From positions 2,688,001 through 2,752,000 of the forward strand of contig OZ219866.1 in the NCBI GenBank assembly GCA_964291675.2: 64,000 nt of DNA. The letters are read 5' to 3'. The position numbers and the translations under genes are program-made. The number at the start of each line of letters is the position of its first letter. Position 1 is the stretch's first letter. The notes beneath the pieces were generated by a model. The model searched no databases, was not told the DNA's origin, and worked only from the letters and a program-made list of their open reading frames with translations. Positions 61,600-64,000 of the stretch are shown in pieces. Source of the DNA: Alphaproteobacteria bacterium (GTDB lineage Bacteria > Pseudomonadota > Alphaproteobacteria > MPNO01).

Positions 61600-62907
61600 T
61601 CAGGGCCTCTCGCCGAACAGCAGGGTGATGTTGATCCGGTGGTTGGCATAGCCCGGGCGAAACCGCACCCGCCCCGATTCGTGGAACAGGTCGGAGCGGA
61701 ACAGGACGGCCCGGTTCGCGGCATGGGCGACCCTGAGGGAGCCGGCATCGCTCGCCTCCAGGAAGGCGCGGATGCGCCCCCTGTCCCGGTCGTAGTCGGC
61801 GATCCGCCAGCCTTCCGGCGGCGGCGCGCGGTGGACCGTGAGCCCGCCCGCGCCGGGCTCCAGGTTGGCGGCATCGGGGGTGAGCCAGAAATTGACGCTG
61901 ACCGCCCCCGAATCGGCGTGGATATCGATTCCCTGCGAGCCGGTCAGGCACTTGAAGGCCCAGGCCTGGGCCAGCGGGTGGAGGGCGAGGATGCCGGGCA
62001 GCGCGGCGCGGAGCTCGTCGGCGATCTGCAACAGGACGGGCGAGGCGAGACCGTCTTCCAGATAGGCCGCAAGGAAGCCCGGGATGTGTTCGCAATCGTG
62101 CCAGACGGTGCTCTCCAACAGGTGCCGGCGGAGCGCGGCGAGCGCCGGCGGGCTCAACAGGCGGTCGATGACGGCGATGCCGGGCTCCCGGCCCCGATAG
62201 CGCGCCTCGATCTCCGCGCCGTCGAGCAACGCATCCAGCGCCCCTCCCGGGATCTCGTCCGCCTCGGCGGTGTGGAGCGCGCGGTTGTAAGTCTCCGCCA
62301 GCTCTTCGGGCAGCGGCGCCGACCCCGCCCCGGCGGGCAGCTTCGCCGCCGCCCGTTCGTAGAGCGCGGCGAGCGCGGCGAAGTCGGCGCCCTCCCGCCC
62401 GGCGTCGGCGAGACGGCGGAGCTGGGCCGCGTCATGGGCGAGCTTGAGGCGCGACGAACGGGCGAAGGAGGGATGGTCCGCCCCCATCGCGCCCGGGTCG
62501 CGGCGGACCGCCCGGGTCTTGCGGAAGGCCGCAAGCGCGCCCCTTCGGTCGCCCGCGGCGAGCCGCATCAGCCCCTCGCGCAGGCGGATCTCGTAGAGCC
62601 CGGGGTCGCGTTCCAGCGCCGCCGCATAGGCCGCCGCCGCCGCCGCGTGGCGCCCGAGCGATTGCAGAACCCCGCCCCGGTTGACCCGGGCGTGGAGATA
62701 GTCGGAGCTGAGCGCGAGCGCGCGGTCGAAGGCCGCGAGCGCGGCTTCCGCGTCGCCGCTCCCGGCGAGCGCGACCCCCATATTGTGCCAGATGCCGGCG
62801 TTCTCCGGATCGCCCGCGAGCAGCGCCCGGTAGGCGGCGACCGCCTCCTCCAGCCGCCCGTCGCGGTGCAGCGCCGCCGCGCGGGCGAGACCGGCGTCCT
62901 CAGCCAC
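61600..62907 (-). CDS. TPR-repeat protein with C-terminal 2OG-Fe(II) oxygenase-like domain
   Basis: N-terminal TPRs (EEAVAAYR, WHNMGVAL, ARVNRGGVL); C-terminal IHAD...LFHES...RINIT (HxD...H...R). Confidence 0.75.
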   Translation of the reverse strand: MAEDAGLARAAALHRDGRLEEAVAAYRALLAGDPENAGIWHNMGVALAGSGDAEAALAAFDRALALSSDYLHARVNRGGVLQSLGRHAAAAAAYAAALERDPGLYEIRLREGLMRLAAGDRRGALAAFRKTRAVRRDPGAMGADHPSFARSSRLKLAHDAAQLRRLADAGREGADFAALAALYERAAAKLPAGAGSAPLPEELAETYNRALHTAEADEIPGGALDALLDGAEIEARYRGREPGIAVIDRLLSPPALAALRRHLLESTVWHDCEHIPGFLAAYLEDGLASPVLLQIADELRAALPGILALHPLAQAWAFKCLTGSQGIDIHADSGAVSVNFWLTPDAANLEPGAGGLTVHRAPPPEGWRIADYDRDRGRIRAFLEASDAGSLRVAHAANRAVLFRSDLFHESGRVRFRPGYANHRINITLLFGERP

Positions 62908-63661
62908 CCATCGCCTCGGCGAGCCGGGCCGAGACCTCGCGGCAATGACGGTTATAGGCGTCCGAGGTGCGAAAGCCGGTCTCGCTGCGGGGGTAGGGCG
63001 CATCGACCGCGATCTCGGCCGCGATGCGGCCCGGACGCGGTGTCATCACCAGGATGCGGTCCGAGAGATAGACCGATTCGAACACGCTGTGGGTGACGAA
63101 CACCACCGTCCAGCCCTCGCTCCGCCACAGCGCCAGCAGGTCGTCGTTGAGCCTGAAGCGGGTGATCTCGTCGAGCGCGGCGAAGGGCTCGTCCATCAGC
63201 AGCAGGCGAGGCCCGGTCACCAGCGCGCGGGCGATCGAGGCGCGCATGCCCATCCCGCCCGAGAGCTCGCGCGGATAGGCGCCGGCGAAACCCGCGAGCC
63301 CGACAAGGTCGAGCGCCCGTTCGATCCCGGCGCGCGCCTCCCGCCGCGGCCTCCCGGCGAGGCGGAGCGGCAGGAAGACGTTGTCGAACACCGTGGCCCA
63401 GGGCATCAGCGTCGGCTCCTGGAAGACGAAGCCGATGTCGCGCCGGGCGGTCTCGGCGGCGAGCCGGATGCTGCCGCCGCTGGGCTCGCCGAGACCCGCC
63501 ATCAGCCGCAGCGCGGTCGACTTGCCGCAGCCCGACGGGCCCAGGAGGCTGGTAAAGGAGCCGGCCCGGACGCGGAGCGTGAGGCCGTCGAGCGCAACGG
63601 TGCCGTTGGCGAAGGTCTTGGCGACGTCCGCCATCTCGACCACGGCGGTTGCGGCCGGCAT
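62900..63661 (-). CDS. NitT/TauB/SsuB-type ABC transporter ATP-binding protein
   Basis: GPSGCGKST, FVFQEPTLMPW, LSGGMGMR, LLMDEPFAALD, FVTHSVFE. Confidence 0.92.
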   Translation of the reverse strand: MPAATAVVEMADVAKTFANGTVALDGLTLRVRAGSFTSLLGPSGCGKSTALRLMAGLGEPSGGSIRLAAETARRDIGFVFQEPTLMPWATVFDNVFLPLRLAGRPRREARAGIERALDLVGLAGFAGAYPRELSGGMGMRASIARALVTGPRLLLMDEPFAALDEITRFRLNDDLLALWRSEGWTVVFVTHSVFESVYLSDRILVMTPRPGRIAAEIAVDAPYPRSETGFRTSDAYNRHCREVSARLAEAMGG

Positions 63662-63669
63662 GGCGCCCG

Positions 63670-63999
63670 TCAGCCGCCGGCGGCTTCGCCGATCAGCGCG
63701 ATGTCGCGCGCCGCATCGCCGCCGACGAAGGTGAGCGCGATCTCGGTCGCCCCGCCGGCGCCGAGCTCCTCGATCCGCCGCAGGCAGTCCCCGACCGTCC
63801 CGGCGATCCCGTAAGCGTCGACGAACGCCTCGTCGAGCGCCGTATCCGGGTCCTCGCCGGCCCGCAGCCGTTCCAGCGTCGCGGCGTGGAGCGCGGGCTC
63901 GATCGCGCCGCCGTGGCGCACCGCCGCCAGCGCGGCGGGCACGTCCGCAAACAGGTCCTCGTAGCCGCGGAGCTTTGCCGCGATCTCCGGCTTGATCGC
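63670..63999 (-). CDS. probable luciferase-like (LLM) flavin-dependent oxidoreductase, C-terminal part (truncated by window)
   Basis: Frame is open to the window end; C-terminal IAGTVGDCLRRIEELGAGGATEIAL is typical of LLM/Mer-like proteins. Confidence 0.6.
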   Translation of the reverse strand, partial: AIKPEIAAKLRGYEDLFADVPAALAAVRHGGAIEPALHAATLERLRAGEDPDTALDEAFVDAYGIAGTVGDCLRRIEELGAGGATEIALTFVGGDAARDIALIGEAAGG

Positions 64000-64000
64000 G

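Overview
This is a very GC-rich chromosomal segment. The gene content and order suggest an alphaproteobacterium, probably Rhodospirillales-like (inference). About 8.3-40.3 kb is a conserved housekeeping backbone: clpB-DUF4167-prmC-prfA-hisS-rodZ-ptsP-lysC/ubiG, grxC-comF, mutT-argJ/secA, accA-xerD and aroK-aroB-corC. Accessory metabolic genes flank it: a Rieske oxygenase, dps, a duplicated Zn ABC transporter, a heme-oxygenase-like diiron enzyme, a UbiD-family decarboxylase, an aldehyde dehydrogenase, a molybdopterin oxidoreductase, a divergent PyrK/PyrD pair and a TPR-2OG-Fe(II) protein. I found no rRNA, tRNA, CRISPR array or mobile element. The strongest hidden signal is a selenoprotein that the ORF track splits in two. 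At 58844-59521 an iodothyronine-deiodinase-like protein has an in-frame TGA (59132-59134) inside the motif FGSFT-U-PPF, followed by a SECIS-like hairpin. It lies between a YciI-family gene and an unannotated 58-aa RHH-like ORF, which together form a candidate dehalogenation/redox module. Other hidden features are an exact Irr (ICE) box before dps, a start-less pyrimidine-dimer glycosylase remnant, a plant-NIC1-like nicotinamidase, and the absence of ispG from its usual rodZ-hisS position. All family assignments come from motif recognition by eye; no searches were run.
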